Shown: positions 17,759 to 28,100 of the stretch, piece by piece | How the letters are laid out: the number at the start of each line of letters is the position of its first letter | Position numbering within the stretch: the stretch's first letter is position 1 | IMG/VR virus record: IMGVR_UViG_3300035099_000047 | Location: 108,228 to 172,227 of that record | Strand: one strand, 5' to 3' | DNA: 64,000 bases | Source of the DNA: a virus | Translations under genes and position numbers: made by a program | The notes under the pieces: model-generated | What the model was told of the DNA's origin: nothing | Databases searched by the model: none | The model's input: the letters and a program-made list of their open reading frames with translations, nothing else

Positions 17759-19039
17759 CTATCTGCTACCACAGAGCACACGAGCTGCCAACTTGTGAGG
17801 ATTGGCACCACGCTCAATCAACTTGACTGCCCGCTCCAAGTCTCGACGGATGTCCTCACGCACCTTCTCTCCAGTCAAACCCGCAGCAGGTGCAGGCCCA
17901 ACTCCCTTATCTGTGGTCTCATCCGTGGCTGAACCCTCCCGCTTAGTCACTTCTTCGGGGTGCCCTTCAATCTCATCCTTGGGCTTGCCCCCAGCCGGGG
18001 AGCTAGCGCTCGGATTAGTCAACTGGCTAGGGCTCTTTTCCTCCTTGGACTCCCCCTCACCGGTGCCACCTTCCTCACCAGGATTGGTTGGTTGTCCCAC
18101 TTGACTAACCGAACTGGCTTGGGGATTGGTAACTGATGGGTCTTTGACAGTTTGAGTTGGCTTCATATCTTGTTCATCCAAAAACTGTTTTATGTCCCTC
18201 CTGAGAGCCTCCTCAGCAGCCTTGGCCTCTGCAGCTTCTTCAGCTCCTTCGCCACCCTCAGCACTGTGCTTTTCAATCTCAAAATCCATCAGCTGATCAA
18301 TGGCATTTTGGATGTCAGCAACCAACTCTTGTTCCTCTTCAGGCACGGTAGCTGCAAAGTCCTTGACCAACTCCATCCGATCAGCTTCTTCGGCCTCAGC
18401 AGCTTCTTCAGGCTCCAACTCACCTTGCTCCGCCCATTCAGGCTCCGTGTCTTCCAAATCACTCAATGCCTGATCTGCAGCAGCTTCAATGTCCGCACCT
18501 ACGTCCTCTGCAGGCGATTCCTCTGCTGTAGGCCCTTCAACAGGTTCCTCAACAGGTTCATCTTCAACAGGTTCATCTTCAACTGGTTCATCCTCCATAG
18601 AGGTCTCATCATCATCCGAATCTTCCTGGAACCTACCCATGCCAAGCCCACGTCCCGGTGGCCCCATACCCATAGGCCCCCACCGCCTGCGACGGCGCAA
18701 TGTGCCGGGCCGACGATTGGCTTCAGGTGAAGGTCCCATCGGAAACTGTTCGTTCAATTCAGGATCGGTTTCAAGTAGCTTGTCCACCGCTTGGTCCTCC
18801 AAGGAATCTTGAATGTAATACTTGCCACTGGCCAAGTTAATGGTTTGGCGTCCACTGCCATCGCGGTTCATAACAACCACGGTGTTAGCCGTTGGATTGA
18901 TGTCATTCGGCTCGTTGCCCACATACTTGATTTCACCATTAGGCATGATGATTTTGGCAAACGGCCGGACATCCAGTGTGCGAGCAGTGCGTCGCGTGAC
19001 CGTGCTCTTGGCTTCTGTACGCTGATTGGTTCGACTCAT
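17759..19039 (-). CDS. Highly acidic putative prohead core/scaffold protein
   Basis: E/D-rich with EDEPV repeats; internal DQAVDKLLE; located in the head module. Confidence 0.55.
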   Translation of the reverse strand: MSRTNQRTEAKSTVTRRTARTLDVRPFAKIIMPNGEIKYVGNEPNDINPTANTVVVMNRDGSGRQTINLASGKYYIQDSLEDQAVDKLLETDPELNEQFPMGPSPEANRRPGTLRRRRRWGPMGMGPPGRGLGMGRFQEDSDDDETSMEDEPVEDEPVEDEPVEEPVEGPTAEESPAEDVGADIEAAADQALSDLEDTEPEWAEQGELEPEEAAEAEEADRMELVKDFAATVPEEEQELVADIQNAIDQLMDFEIEKHSAEGGEGAEEAAEAKAAEEALRRDIKQFLDEQDMKPTQTVKDPSVTNPQASSVSQVGQPTNPGEEGGTGEGESKEEKSPSQLTNPSASSPAGGKPKDEIEGHPEEVTKREGSATDETTDKGVGPAPAAGLTGEKVREDIRRDLERAVKLIERGANPHKLAARVLCGSR

Positions 19040-19779
19040 GTCATTGCTCCAGTATTTGCTTGGTTTATCTTCCGCTTGATCTGAAGTGCACATTGATTCT
19101 GTTGATGTGCCCTACCATCGCTGCTCACGCTTTTGTCGTGCAATCGAAGGTAAGTCAATGGTTCAGCCAGCTGAGCAATACGATACTTTTGGGCAATCCG
19201 CCACCAATAGTCCCAATCTTGAGCATACGGGTAATGCTCATCATAACCACCAACAATATCTAAAACGCAACGACGGAACATAACAGACGAATGCGCCAAT
19301 TGGTTACGCTCCCTTAGCCCCTTAACTAGCTGCTCATGAGTGGTTAAAGTATTCCAGATTTCCTTGGTAGCCCGTTCACCTCGTATGATATGGACTGGAG
19401 TACCCAACAGGGCCACTTCAGGGTGTTCATTCAGGTAATGGACCTGTTTTGTGAATCGGCTAGGCTTGCTCCAATCATCAGCATCCAGCCTGGCTATGAA
19501 CTCACTATTAGCTCTACCTAGCCCGTGATTCAATGCCCGAGTAATCCCTGAATGGGGCATGCGATAGTAACCCAAGCGTCGGCTGAACGAGTGATGCTTT
19601 TGACGCAGGGCCAGGTAGGCATGAGGAGTTTGATCAGTGCTACCATCATCTACCAAGACAATTTCAATCGGGCCTACGTAGTCTTGATAAACGATTGACT
19701 CAATGGCTTGATGAAACCATTTCAGCTTCGGTGGTGAAGCCACATTCCATGCAGGGATAACTACACTGACCAGTTCCAT
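19036..19779 (-). CDS. Glycosyltransferase family 2
   Basis: VSVVIPAWN, VDDGSTD, ARLDADD, AQDWDYW. Confidence 0.9.
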   Translation of the reverse strand: MELVSVVIPAWNVASPPKLKWFHQAIESIVYQDYVGPIEIVLVDDGSTDQTPHAYLALRQKHHSFSRRLGYYRMPHSGITRALNHGLGRANSEFIARLDADDWSKPSRFTKQVHYLNEHPEVALLGTPVHIIRGERATKEIWNTLTTHEQLVKGLRERNQLAHSSVMFRRCVLDIVGGYDEHYPYAQDWDYWWRIAQKYRIAQLAEPLTYLRLHDKSVSSDGRAHQQNQCALQIKRKINQANTGAMT

Positions 19780-19786
19780 TCAGCCC

Positions 19787-20170
19787 TTAACTCACTAGCC
19801 GGAAGTTTGAACCTTTCAAATAAGCCCCACCCCTTGTGTCCAGGCGAAAATCCAACCAACGCCCTGGAGCCACATCATCAGGATGCAAATCTTCTATGGG
19901 AGCATGAAACTGTACAACAGCTCCGCCGTAACTTTGCTTGACGTGTTCAAAACTACTAGATGCATAAACACCATAACTGTCTGGAACACCTTCGGGAACT
20001 CTTAACTTCCCAGCCCTGACAATATCACAGGCGATTTCAGGCCTCGTAGCATGATAAAGAGTAATTGTACCATCTGGATTCAACTCACCCCCAGCAGACA
20101 AAAACTCCTCCAACCACGAAGGGTACCCGTCTTCCAACAACCAACGGGCTACCCAACTGAACCGGTCCAT
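19787..20170 (-). CDS. Putative ADP-ribosyltransferase-fold protein, tagged
   Basis: ITLYHAT...I...G.L...GVYASS pattern; N-terminus MDRFSWVARWLLE. Confidence 0.5.
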   Translation of the reverse strand: MDRFSWVARWLLEDGYPSWLEEFLSAGGELNPDGTITLYHATRPEIACDIVRAGKLRVPEGVPDSYGVYASSSFEHVKQSYGGAVVQFHAPIEDLHPDDVAPGRWLDFRLDTRGGAYLKGSNFRLVS

Positions 20171-20192
20171 AGTTCAACCCTCACCTTGCCGC

Positions 20193-20531
20193 TCAATACC
20201 AACCATCTGGGAATGCCTTTTTGAGCAGCGCTTGTTGGTGTTCCTTGGGTAATTCCCGAAAAAGTATCACAGCCCCTTGATCCTTAAATTTTGGATCACC
20301 TTCTGCAAACCCAATTTGCACGAACCACAATATCTTATTCCGAACCCTTTCTGCAGTCACTGCTGGTCTTTGTCTCTTAATAGCATGCCAACCAGTCCCC
20401 CAGAGCTCGTAAACATACTTCCCGAGCTGGTGCAAATACTCAATCATCCGATCTTCCCAAAACCGCTCATCAGAATGGGTCTGTGAGTCTTCTGTTAGAT
20501 TACAAACAGCTTGTTCAAACAACCGACCCAT
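20193..20531 (-). CDS. Family B small protein, tagged
   Basis: MGRLFEQAVCNLTE; LFRELPKEHQQALLKKAFP. Confidence 0.7.
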   Translation of the reverse strand: MGRLFEQAVCNLTEDSQTHSDERFWEDRMIEYLHQLGKYVYELWGTGWHAIKRQRPAVTAERVRNKILWFVQIGFAEGDPKFKDQGAVILFRELPKEHQQALLKKAFPDGWY

Positions 20532-20533
20532 TA

Positions 20534-20851
20534 CTAATATCCTTTAGGAAAGTATTTCCCAGGAAAAGCTTGTCTCAATAACTCATCTCTTTGTTCTCCT
20601 GGCAACTCTTCAAAGAACTCCAAGGCTTCCATATCCAAACCCCACCTTTTCAGCGTTTCATCATCCAAGTAACTCAACTCATACTCCACTTCCCATCGCA
20701 CATAGTCAGCATCTACTTCAATACCTTGATATTGGGCACTGTCATATACCTGATCCGCTATTTTGTCCCAAACATCGTGCAAAGCCTCTACCACCCGGTC
20801 AAGAAATGAATCCTCCATCAGTCGTTGAACAGATTTTTCAAATCTACTCAT
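20534..20851 (-). CDS. Family B small protein, tagged
   Basis: MSRFEKSVQRLME; FFEELPGEQRDELLRQAFP. Confidence 0.7.
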   Translation of the reverse strand: MSRFEKSVQRLMEDSFLDRVVEALHDVWDKIADQVYDSAQYQGIEVDADYVRWEVEYELSYLDDETLKRWGLDMEALEFFEELPGEQRDELLRQAFPGKYFPKGY

Positions 20852-20855
20852 TTTA

Positions 20856-21140
20856 TCACCCAGGGAAAAGTCGGCACAAAATGTCCCACCTTTGCTCAGC
20901 AGGCAACTCCACGTAAAACTTCAATGCATTCCTATCTGGTACTATGGGAAACCACTCTGGTTCAGCATCTTCTCGAGCCAATTTGTCCACGAACCTTTTC
21001 AACATATCAAATTCCATTGGAGTCTGTGGCTCTAACATTATCTGGGACCTCAACTGTTTCAATACTCGGTCCACCCTTCCAAGCCAATCAAAAGGCTGCT
21101 CCTTTGCCATACTCTCAACCAACTTCTCGAACTCCCCCAA
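20856..21140 (-). CDS. Family B small protein, tagged
   Basis: LGEFEKLVESMAKE; FYVELPAEQRWDILCRLFP. Confidence 0.65.
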   Translation of the reverse strand: MGEFEKLVESMAKEQPFDWLGRVDRVLKQLRSQIMLEPQTPMEFDMLKRFVDKLAREDAEPEWFPIVPDRNALKFYVELPAEQRWDILCRLFPG

Positions 21141-21141
21141 C

Positions 21142-21336
21142 TCACCGTCCTCCCAAATCCACATTACCCCCCTGGCTCTTGCCCACTTTACACAGTCCTA
21201 GCATCTCCAACACTTCCGCTTGTGTCCGTCCAGTCTGTTCGACCAATCGGTCCACTAACTCCAACGGGGCACTCCAATGGGTTGCCTTGTTGTAAACCCT
21301 CTCGCCATAGATTTCAGTGCCCTCTTGCGGTTTCAT
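21142..21336 (-). CDS. Small hypothetical protein
   Basis: 64 aa; LELVDRLVE. Confidence 0.5.
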   Translation of the reverse strand: MKPQEGTEIYGERVYNKATHWSAPLELVDRLVEQTGRTQAEVLEMLGLCKVGKSQGGNVDLGGR

Positions 21337-22007
21337 TCCTCGCCCTCCAATAAACGGTTGACTATTTGCTCAAATTCGCTTTCACTATAAGGCGGGTAAG
21401 CCTGACCTGTGACTTGCTTGAAACGTGTAACAAATGAATGAGGATCGTAACTCGGATCAAACCCCAAACCCAATACTTCCATAGCAGCTTGCTTCTCAAG
21501 CCCCCACAACAAGTGCAACTTTTGTAGCAACTTGGCCTTTTCCTTTGAGGTCAAGGGAATGCTACGAGGTCCAACTTTTCTCAATTGTTTAACAGGCAAT
21601 GTACCTTCATGAGAAACGGAAACCACTATGGGATAATCCGGATGAACTGTCCTCAATCTCTCAATGCTACCCCGAAGCCCATTGATGATCCTTCCTAAAT
21701 CTTGATACAATGGGTGTTCTAGGGGTTCTGGGTTCCAAAAACTAATCACAATCATCCCTCCACCCAAACCCAATCGGCCATACAAAACCGGAGTATCCCC
21801 ACGGCGAGTATAGTCCTCTAAATTCAATTCATCCGGATATTGGTTTATCAAGTATCCATGATTCCGATCACCAGGGCCAGTGAACAACTTGCGAGTTCGG
21901 GTGTCATAAGCAAACGTGACCGAGCGAGAGTCTTCAAGCAACCAGTCCGGTGTTATCCATTGCTCACGGTAGACTTTGAGCGGATCCCATTCCATTTCAT
22001 CACCCAT
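21333..22007 (-). CDS. Hypothetical protein with C-terminal tag
   Basis: Ends YSES-EFEQIVNRLLEGEE. Confidence 0.65.
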   Translation of the reverse strand: MGDEMEWDPLKVYREQWITPDWLLEDSRSVTFAYDTRTRKLFTGPGDRNHGYLINQYPDELNLEDYTRRGDTPVLYGRLGLGGGMIVISFWNPEPLEHPLYQDLGRIINGLRGSIERLRTVHPDYPIVVSVSHEGTLPVKQLRKVGPRSIPLTSKEKAKLLQKLHLLWGLEKQAAMEVLGLGFDPSYDPHSFVTRFKQVTGQAYPPYSESEFEQIVNRLLEGEE

Positions 22008-22269
22008 TCAACAACCGCTCCACTGCCTGCTCAAACTTTCCACTCTCCTTGACTCTAGCAACTTCATTGGCATTCTTTTCCAGCCAATCCAAGAATTGCT
22101 CCTGGTCATATTGACAGCCAGTTGCCACTGCACGGACAAATTCCTGCATAGGCATCTTTTTAGGCACATATTCCTTCGGGATGCCGTTGATCTCAATGAT
22201 CAACCCCGTGCGACCCAAAGCAAAAGGCTTGGGTCGGCTTTCATGCATTCGACGTTTGGTACTGGCCAT
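22000..22269 (-). CDS. Hypothetical protein with C-terminal tag
   Basis: Likely start MASTKRR; ends VKES-GKFEQAVERLLNG. Confidence 0.6.
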   Translation of the reverse strand: MASTKRRMHESRPKPFALGRTGLIIEINGIPKEYVPKKMPMQEFVRAVATGCQYDQEQFLDWLEKNANEVARVKESGKFEQAVERLLNG

Positions 22270-23071
22270 TGTAAACCCTTTCAAATAACTTTTTGTGCTC
22301 TTCAACCCAATAGTTTTCATTCCATTGAGCAACGCTCAACGCATAATTTTCACGCCGAATATACAAACCTCTCAGCTGCAAAACCAAATCGTCAAAGTCA
22401 TTTGGCTCATAAGCTATCACACCAGGGTGGGCTGCAAAGTCTTGTTGCAATCCCACTCCGCGACCGATCATTACCGGCACCCCACTCGCCAATCCTTCCA
22501 TTACCGATAACGGGCCAGCTTCATGAGTTGACGTAATTAGTACCACATCACTCTTGCGCATCATAGCATACAGTTCAAACGGAGTCAAATTACCCCCGCT
22601 TTCAAGCACCTCAACCCACTTGTATTGCCGCAAGCGGCTCACCCACTCATACCGCTTGCGGTTGTCATAACCAGGGGGGTGACGATGAGGCCACAACACT
22701 CGCAACGGCCGTGGGCTACAAAGCTGATGAACCGGGGGAAATATCAAACTGACTCTATTGTATCCCACCAACTGACCCACCTGTTGATAATACTTGCTAC
22801 TAAGGGTAACACAATGATCCACAGCTCGGGCTATGCGGTTGTAACGCTCTCCATGTTTACCCGGTAGGCTGTGGGTCATTAGAGCCACTATTGGTCTAGG
22901 TACCCTACCACAATGCTCGTATTCCAAATATGGTACAAAATAGGTGAGATCATATTTGGGTTGAGACCAACTTTTGGTGTTGTAATAAACCTCCACTCCA
23001 GGTATGTTCAGCAACAAGTCCGCAAGCCTTCGGCAAACCCAGCTTGACTCTGCAAACACTAGCACCTTCAT
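22241..23071 (-). CDS. Glycosyltransferase, GT-B/GT4-like
   Basis: DVVLITSTHEAGPLSVMEGLASGVPV. Confidence 0.85.
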   Translation of the reverse strand: MKVLVFAESSWVCRRLADLLLNIPGVEVYYNTKSWSQPKYDLTYFVPYLEYEHCGRVPRPIVALMTHSLPGKHGERYNRIARAVDHCVTLSSKYYQQVGQLVGYNRVSLIFPPVHQLCSPRPLRVLWPHRHPPGYDNRKRYEWVSRLRQYKWVEVLESGGNLTPFELYAMMRKSDVVLITSTHEAGPLSVMEGLASGVPVMIGRGVGLQQDFAAHPGVIAYEPNDFDDLVLQLRGLYIRRENYALSVAQWNENYWVEEHKKLFERVYNGQYQTSNA

Positions 23072-23895
23072 CTTCTGTGCTCACAAATCATACTTGGGTT
23101 AAGGTATATTCGGTCATGACCCCCAGCGGCCATTGCCTTGTGTAAACCAACATGCTCACACTCGGGACCACTATACTGATATGGTAACACACTGCTCATC
23201 CGATAAAATCCCAAACCTCCAAAACAGCTACTCACCCTCATCAAAGGAGAACCCCGCCGGAGTATCATGTTGGCAATTTCACGATCCGGGTGAGGTTCCG
23301 GATGATCCAGCTTGCGAAATGCCCAAGTGTCATAATGACGATAACGTGAGCCTAACTTGATCAGTCCCTGGCTACCCACCATGTCCCAATCCTCATAGTA
23401 AAACGTGGTAGCAATGCCATCCAAATCCCAATCATGCAAATCCAAGTCAACTACGCAGTAATAATCGAACTTAGAATAATATCGCCGCACTTCATCTAGC
23501 ACTCGGTTGCGAGCAGCAGCCATGTTATCCATCCGCTTAGTGCTGCGACTGTCTCGACCTGTGGAACCAAACTTCGCAGTGCCCAGCCTTTCAGAAATCA
23601 CAGACAGGTTAGGAAATCTATCCTCCAAAATCCGCAGATACTCTACGGTACGATCTACCGAATCATTTTCGTAAATGACCACTTGGTGTTTTTCAAAAAG
23701 CGACACCAAATCACTTAACCGTTGAGCAAATCCAGGTATGAATTTGGCTACGTCCCTACCTATGGCCCCAACTACAACGCTGCTCCGAAGCATACGGTCA
23801 TGGCCCTTACGAACCTGATCATGGTACTTCATCAAGGAATTGGGAGAATCCAACTGATCATTCACAATCCTAGTTTTGCTAACAATTGCTGCCAT
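23068..23895 (-). CDS. Glycosyltransferase, GT-A (CAP59-like)
   Basis: IYENDSVDRT, MAAARN, VVDLD, YDTWAFR, VSSCFGG, CEHVGLH. Confidence 0.75.
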   Translation of the reverse strand: MAAIVSKTRIVNDQLDSPNSLMKYHDQVRKGHDRMLRSSVVVGAIGRDVAKFIPGFAQRLSDLVSLFEKHQVVIYENDSVDRTVEYLRILEDRFPNLSVISERLGTAKFGSTGRDSRSTKRMDNMAAARNRVLDEVRRYYSKFDYYCVVDLDLHDWDLDGIATTFYYEDWDMVGSQGLIKLGSRYRHYDTWAFRKLDHPEPHPDREIANMILRRGSPLMRVSSCFGGLGFYRMSSVLPYQYSGPECEHVGLHKAMAAGGHDRIYLNPSMICEHRR

Positions 23896-24896
23896 GATTG
23901 ATTAAACCTCAGCTGACGATTTTCTAACCCCTGAAACACCCGGTGCTTCAACTCGTTAAGATTGTCCAGTGCATATCGCAAAGCCCCCAAGTAACTTTGA
24001 TAAGCTACCTCATCTTGCTCCACCTCTGGCACTCCATCCCTAAACCAATGGAGTGAACATTTAGCCAATGAAGCATTGACCCCATGGGCTAAATACTCCC
24101 CCAATGGAGGCACGTCATAGGCAACCACAGGGGTACCAACCGCAATGGCCTCTAAACCCATGAGGCCAAGGCCCTCTCGTGTTGTAGGCCACAGAAACAA
24201 ATCAGCCATACGCAATGCATGATTATGAGTAACTGAATCTGGATTGGCCATCAGTTGTACCTCTGGCAACCTGTTCATTTCCAACCTGTCACGAGGTAGC
24301 AAGTGCCCTACATAGTGCACTGCCAACTCCAAATCCCTATCTTCCTTCAGCATTTGGTTCACAGCCCGAAACACGAAGTCCCCCCGCCGTCGGGGTTCTG
24401 GCAACCCTTGGGCAAATAGCAGCTTGATAGGTTTTCCATTTGAAGGTGGCTTGCTAGTATGAATTGGCACCATCCAGGGTATGTAAACTGTCTTGTTAGC
24501 ATATCCTCGATTTTGCAGCAATTGATAGCAACCAGCCGTAGGAGCTACCAACACATCGGCTATCCTAGCGCTCTTTTCATAATCTACAAACCGCTCCCAC
24601 ATCACCACGTACACACTTTTGACCCCCTGCTTGACATTTTCCTGAACTTGGTCTAAGGGGCAGTGGTGAATGAAAAATACAGCCTTGGGGCGGTGTTTGT
24701 TCAACCAGGTTGGATAAGCACAGTTGCGATCAATCCAATGCCGCTCCCGAGGGTGAACTCCATCCTCGTACTTTTCAAAAGGGCGAATGGTGGAAGGCAC
24801 CCTTTGATCAGCTAACATGTCAGCCATCTGGGCAGCCATGTAACTGATGCCCTGACGCCGCCACCAACAGCTGAAACCTACAGCCATTTCAATCAT
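23862..24896 (-). CDS. Glycosyltransferase, GT4-like
   Basis: ADLFLWPTTREGLGLMGLEAIAVGTPVV. Confidence 0.85.
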   Translation of the reverse strand: MIEMAVGFSCWWRRQGISYMAAQMADMLADQRVPSTIRPFEKYEDGVHPRERHWIDRNCAYPTWLNKHRPKAVFFIHHCPLDQVQENVKQGVKSVYVVMWERFVDYEKSARIADVLVAPTAGCYQLLQNRGYANKTVYIPWMVPIHTSKPPSNGKPIKLLFAQGLPEPRRRGDFVFRAVNQMLKEDRDLELAVHYVGHLLPRDRLEMNRLPEVQLMANPDSVTHNHALRMADLFLWPTTREGLGLMGLEAIAVGTPVVAYDVPPLGEYLAHGVNASLAKCSLHWFRDGVPEVEQDEVAYQSYLGALRYALDNLNELKHRVFQGLENRQLRFNQSWQQLLAKLGL

Positions 24897-25450
24897 CCTT
24901 CAAATGCATATCCAAATCTTTCAATTTCCCATTCGCTATAGCTAGCAACCTTATCTATCAATTCTGGAGTATAATAGGTTGAATAATGATCACGATCCAG
25001 GTGGTTTAATCGTGGGTAATTATCAACAGAAATATGGAAACGGTCGGCTATGGGTACCAGCGATTGGGGCAATTTTTCATACATTCCTATGTAATCCACC
25101 AACGGAGAATTGTCCAAACATAACCAGTATTGTTGTCCAGGAGCAAAACCAAAGTGAAAATCTACAAACTCCTCAAAAGTCATGTGAGCCGGGATTAAAC
25201 TGCTTGCTTGATGATAAGAATATGCAGAAACCATTCTCTCCCATGGATTCCTAACAAATCCAAACTTGAAGGATTGGGCGAACAGCTGAGGACTTAACAC
25301 TGTGCGAATAACTGACGCGGCAACATGATAAGAACAACCTCTCAGCACATCCAAAATCCCATTATTTTTTAACCAACTACGCAAGCTACTCCCAGCCGTT
25401 CTAGGCACATGAACGAAAATGGCCATGATTGGTTCAAAAACTATCACCAC
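24893..25450 (-). CDS. Sulfotransferase family 2 protein
   Basis: FVHVPRTAGSS (PAPS loop) and FVRNPWERMVSAY. Confidence 0.85.
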   Translation of the reverse strand: MVIVFEPIMAIFVHVPRTAGSSLRSWLKNNGILDVLRGCSYHVAASVIRTVLSPQLFAQSFKFGFVRNPWERMVSAYSYHQASSLIPAHMTFEEFVDFHFGFAPGQQYWLCLDNSPLVDYIGMYEKLPQSLVPIADRFHISVDNYPRLNHLDRDHYSTYYTPELIDKVASYSEWEIERFGYAFEG

Positions 25451-25486
25451 ACCAAAATCCTTCGATTTACACCATTCCCACCCCCA

Positions 25487-26440
25487 TCATTCCGCCTTAT
25501 CCAAAGTATATCCTACCACAGCTTTAACCTTAGGATCAGCTATCAACCAAGGCAAATCCAACTTTTCCCAATGATAGTATTCCCAAATAGACAACCCATT
25601 ACTCCAACGCAACCTTTCACTATTCACCCAATCCCTGGTTTTAGCTACTAAGCACCCTCCTCGACCATCCGGTCTGAATAAACTAACACCCATTTTGAGA
25701 GGCAAAATGGATACCCTTATTCCTAAGTTCCTAACAAATGCCCGAAACTGAGGCTCTGGCCCCAATCGGTAATCTTGTCCGCAGAAGGTTGCAGCCCCAT
25801 CCGACGAAGTATCATAGCTTCCTATGAAATTCACAAAATGGGACACCTTTGCCATGACTTCTGGACGACCATAGAAAAAGTTATCCATGCCATACCAACA
25901 TAGATCCCCATCCATCCAAGGAATCTTAGTATTCCAAAAGGTGTCCAACCTACCTCGTACCCAAACATCATAAGAACCCCACCGTTTCTCTGCTACAACA
26001 GCAGACAGAACCTCCAGCAAGAACCATTGATCCAAGTAGCGTCGGGCTGAAGGTTTCAATTGTTTTGCAACAGGGTCATACCACGCCACGGACTCCTTTG
26101 TAGGATTGAACCATCTAATTCGATTCTGGTAGTCTAATTCCAAAGCCCGAATTTTTTCATCATAACCGGGCAAGTGTTCAGTATACCCAAAATATACCAA
26201 CCTACGTCCCAAGGTTCTGCGTATAAGTTCTTCATCCTCCGGAGTCACTTCGTATCGCAAATATGAATGAGGTCCAACATCCTTCACAAAAGCGTGCATA
26301 TTATAGAAACTACCACCAATCACAAACACATCAGCATTAGTTTCCTTTATCAATTGCTCTACTAATGAAAACATACCTATCCGAAAGGCTTGAAAATTAC
26401 CAGGCAGCATCACTGCCCATCTTTGACTGCTCAACATCAT
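25487..26440 (-). CDS. Putative glycosyltransferase
   Basis: AVMLPG, YDVWVRGRLD, DNFFYG; cluster context. Confidence 0.5.
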   Translation of the reverse strand: MMLSSQRWAVMLPGNFQAFRIGMFSLVEQLIKETNADVFVIGGSFYNMHAFVKDVGPHSYLRYEVTPEDEELIRRTLGRRLVYFGYTEHLPGYDEKIRALELDYQNRIRWFNPTKESVAWYDPVAKQLKPSARRYLDQWFLLEVLSAVVAEKRWGSYDVWVRGRLDTFWNTKIPWMDGDLCWYGMDNFFYGRPEVMAKVSHFVNFIGSYDTSSDGAATFCGQDYRLGPEPQFRAFVRNLGIRVSILPLKMGVSLFRPDGRGGCLVAKTRDWVNSERLRWSNGLSIWEYYHWEKLDLPWLIADPKVKAVVGYTLDKAE

Positions 26441-28100
26441 AAAATCTCCTCAATTCGGCTGCCCTTCCATTGTCTAACCATTTAGCTAAATCCTGCCTGA
26501 AACGGTACACAGTACCCTCCTCCTCCTGTCTCAAGCCACATACTGCCGTATCCATCTCCATGATGTTTCTCGCCTCAAATAAACATTCCCAAGTGATAGG
26601 GTCCAAATACCGAGTTCCCTCCCAGTCCCGGCGATGAGCCAAAAACCACTCCTTAATAGCTGGCTTCCAACTACCCCATAATTGGTCATGTCTCAAATGC
26701 AAGCTTTTATGTACTTCCAATGGTAATCGTATGCAATTCGGAGCCAACCCTCGATGGTTTAATTCATTCCAAGCAGCTCCCAGCAAGTCATACACATCTT
26801 GGAAAGCCTGCCTTTTTGCTAAATCCAAAAAATGGATAGCTTCCAACCATCTTTTGCTCACAAAAAACTGATCTTCTTCCCACACAACGCTGTTATAATC
26901 AGGTTCTCGACCAAACCACACCCAATGAGACGTAGGTATGTTTTCCCCGGCTTCAGCTATGGCTTCCCAATTTTTAGAACCTAACACCTCTTCAAAGGCT
27001 GTAGAAGTTCCAAAATCGGAACGCACAGCTCTCCAATTCTTAACATTTTTACCAAATCTGCGCAAGTTGCCTAATGCAATCCACGGTCGCTTCATTCTCA
27101 AGAATTCCACGGTTTTCTTCAACCGATTTTTACACCAGAAGAACTCAGTATGTTCCACACTAAGATATTGACCTTTCAACAACCCCCACACCCGTCTCAA
27201 AGAATCACATACATCCCAAATCGGGTATCCGGCCACTACTTCATGCCTAGCATTAACAAAATCTATAGGAAACGGTTGCTGGCTAACCAGCTTCATAGCT
27301 CCCTGAGCATCTGGTCGCTGGGACACTACTATCAACTGGGTTCTGGACAAACCACCAGAATTCAATTCTCTCATGCTTGCCAGATAGTATTCCAGGTATT
27401 TCAAAGGCTTTTCAGAATCATCCACAACCACGATAGACAACAGAGGAGCTTTGCTTTCAACCGGCGTAATGACCATTGGCGGAGAGCAGACCGGTTCATT
27501 GAACAATTCTTGCTTAGTTACAACACAATCAGAATGAACCTTGTTCCCACAATTGTTGTAGCAAACCCATTTCAAGGGCACCCCCAACCTTTCTAATTGT
27601 TTTTTGAACACCAAGCTCCGATTAGGGCTAACCAAACTAGGTATGCAACCAGTTAGAACCTTGGAATCAGTGTGTACCACAACCTCTCGGATCCGACTAT
27701 TTGGCACCAAACCAATCACCCTTTCCAAAGACCACACGGAGGTACACTTAACCCCTTGGGACAACAACATATCCCGGTGCCAACAAGCTCCGCAGAAGAA
27801 ATTTTCGCCCCACTCGCTGTCGGCGGTAATGATTACTTCAGCGAGACTCAACTGATGCAACATTCCTTTGACGTCTTCACACTTCAATGGCCCCAAGCCT
27901 TTGTTTACCATCAATTGATAGTATTCTGAAAAAGGAGTGAGATAAACATCAAAACCAGACAGCTCCTGGCCATCCAACAATTTATCCACCACACAAACTC
28001 TTAACCCAAGCCCCAATTTTTGCAAAGCGGCTGGGCCTTGGCTTGTATAAACCACGTTCAAGGGCAGCGATCCCTGCTTATTGGATCCGACTCTGAGCAT
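26397..28100 (-). CDS. Putative glycosyltransferase (GT-A-like C-terminal part)
   Basis: LLSIVVVD motif; cluster context. Confidence 0.4.
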   Translation of the reverse strand: MLRVGSNKQGSLPLNVVYTSQGPAALQKLGLGLRVCVVDKLLDGQELSGFDVYLTPFSEYYQLMVNKGLGPLKCEDVKGMLHQLSLAEVIITADSEWGENFFCGACWHRDMLLSQGVKCTSVWSLERVIGLVPNSRIREVVVHTDSKVLTGCIPSLVSPNRSLVFKKQLERLGVPLKWVCYNNCGNKVHSDCVVTKQELFNEPVCSPPMVITPVESKAPLLSIVVVDDSEKPLKYLEYYLASMRELNSGGLSRTQLIVVSQRPDAQGAMKLVSQQPFPIDFVNARHEVVAGYPIWDVCDSLRRVWGLLKGQYLSVEHTEFFWCKNRLKKTVEFLRMKRPWIALGNLRRFGKNVKNWRAVRSDFGTSTAFEEVLGSKNWEAIAEAGENIPTSHWVWFGREPDYNSVVWEEDQFFVSKRWLEAIHFLDLAKRQAFQDVYDLLGAAWNELNHRGLAPNCIRLPLEVHKSLHLRHDQLWGSWKPAIKEWFLAHRRDWEGTRYLDPITWECLFEARNIMEMDTAVCGLRQEEEGTVYRFRQDLAKWLDNGRAAELRRFYDVEQSKMGSDAAW

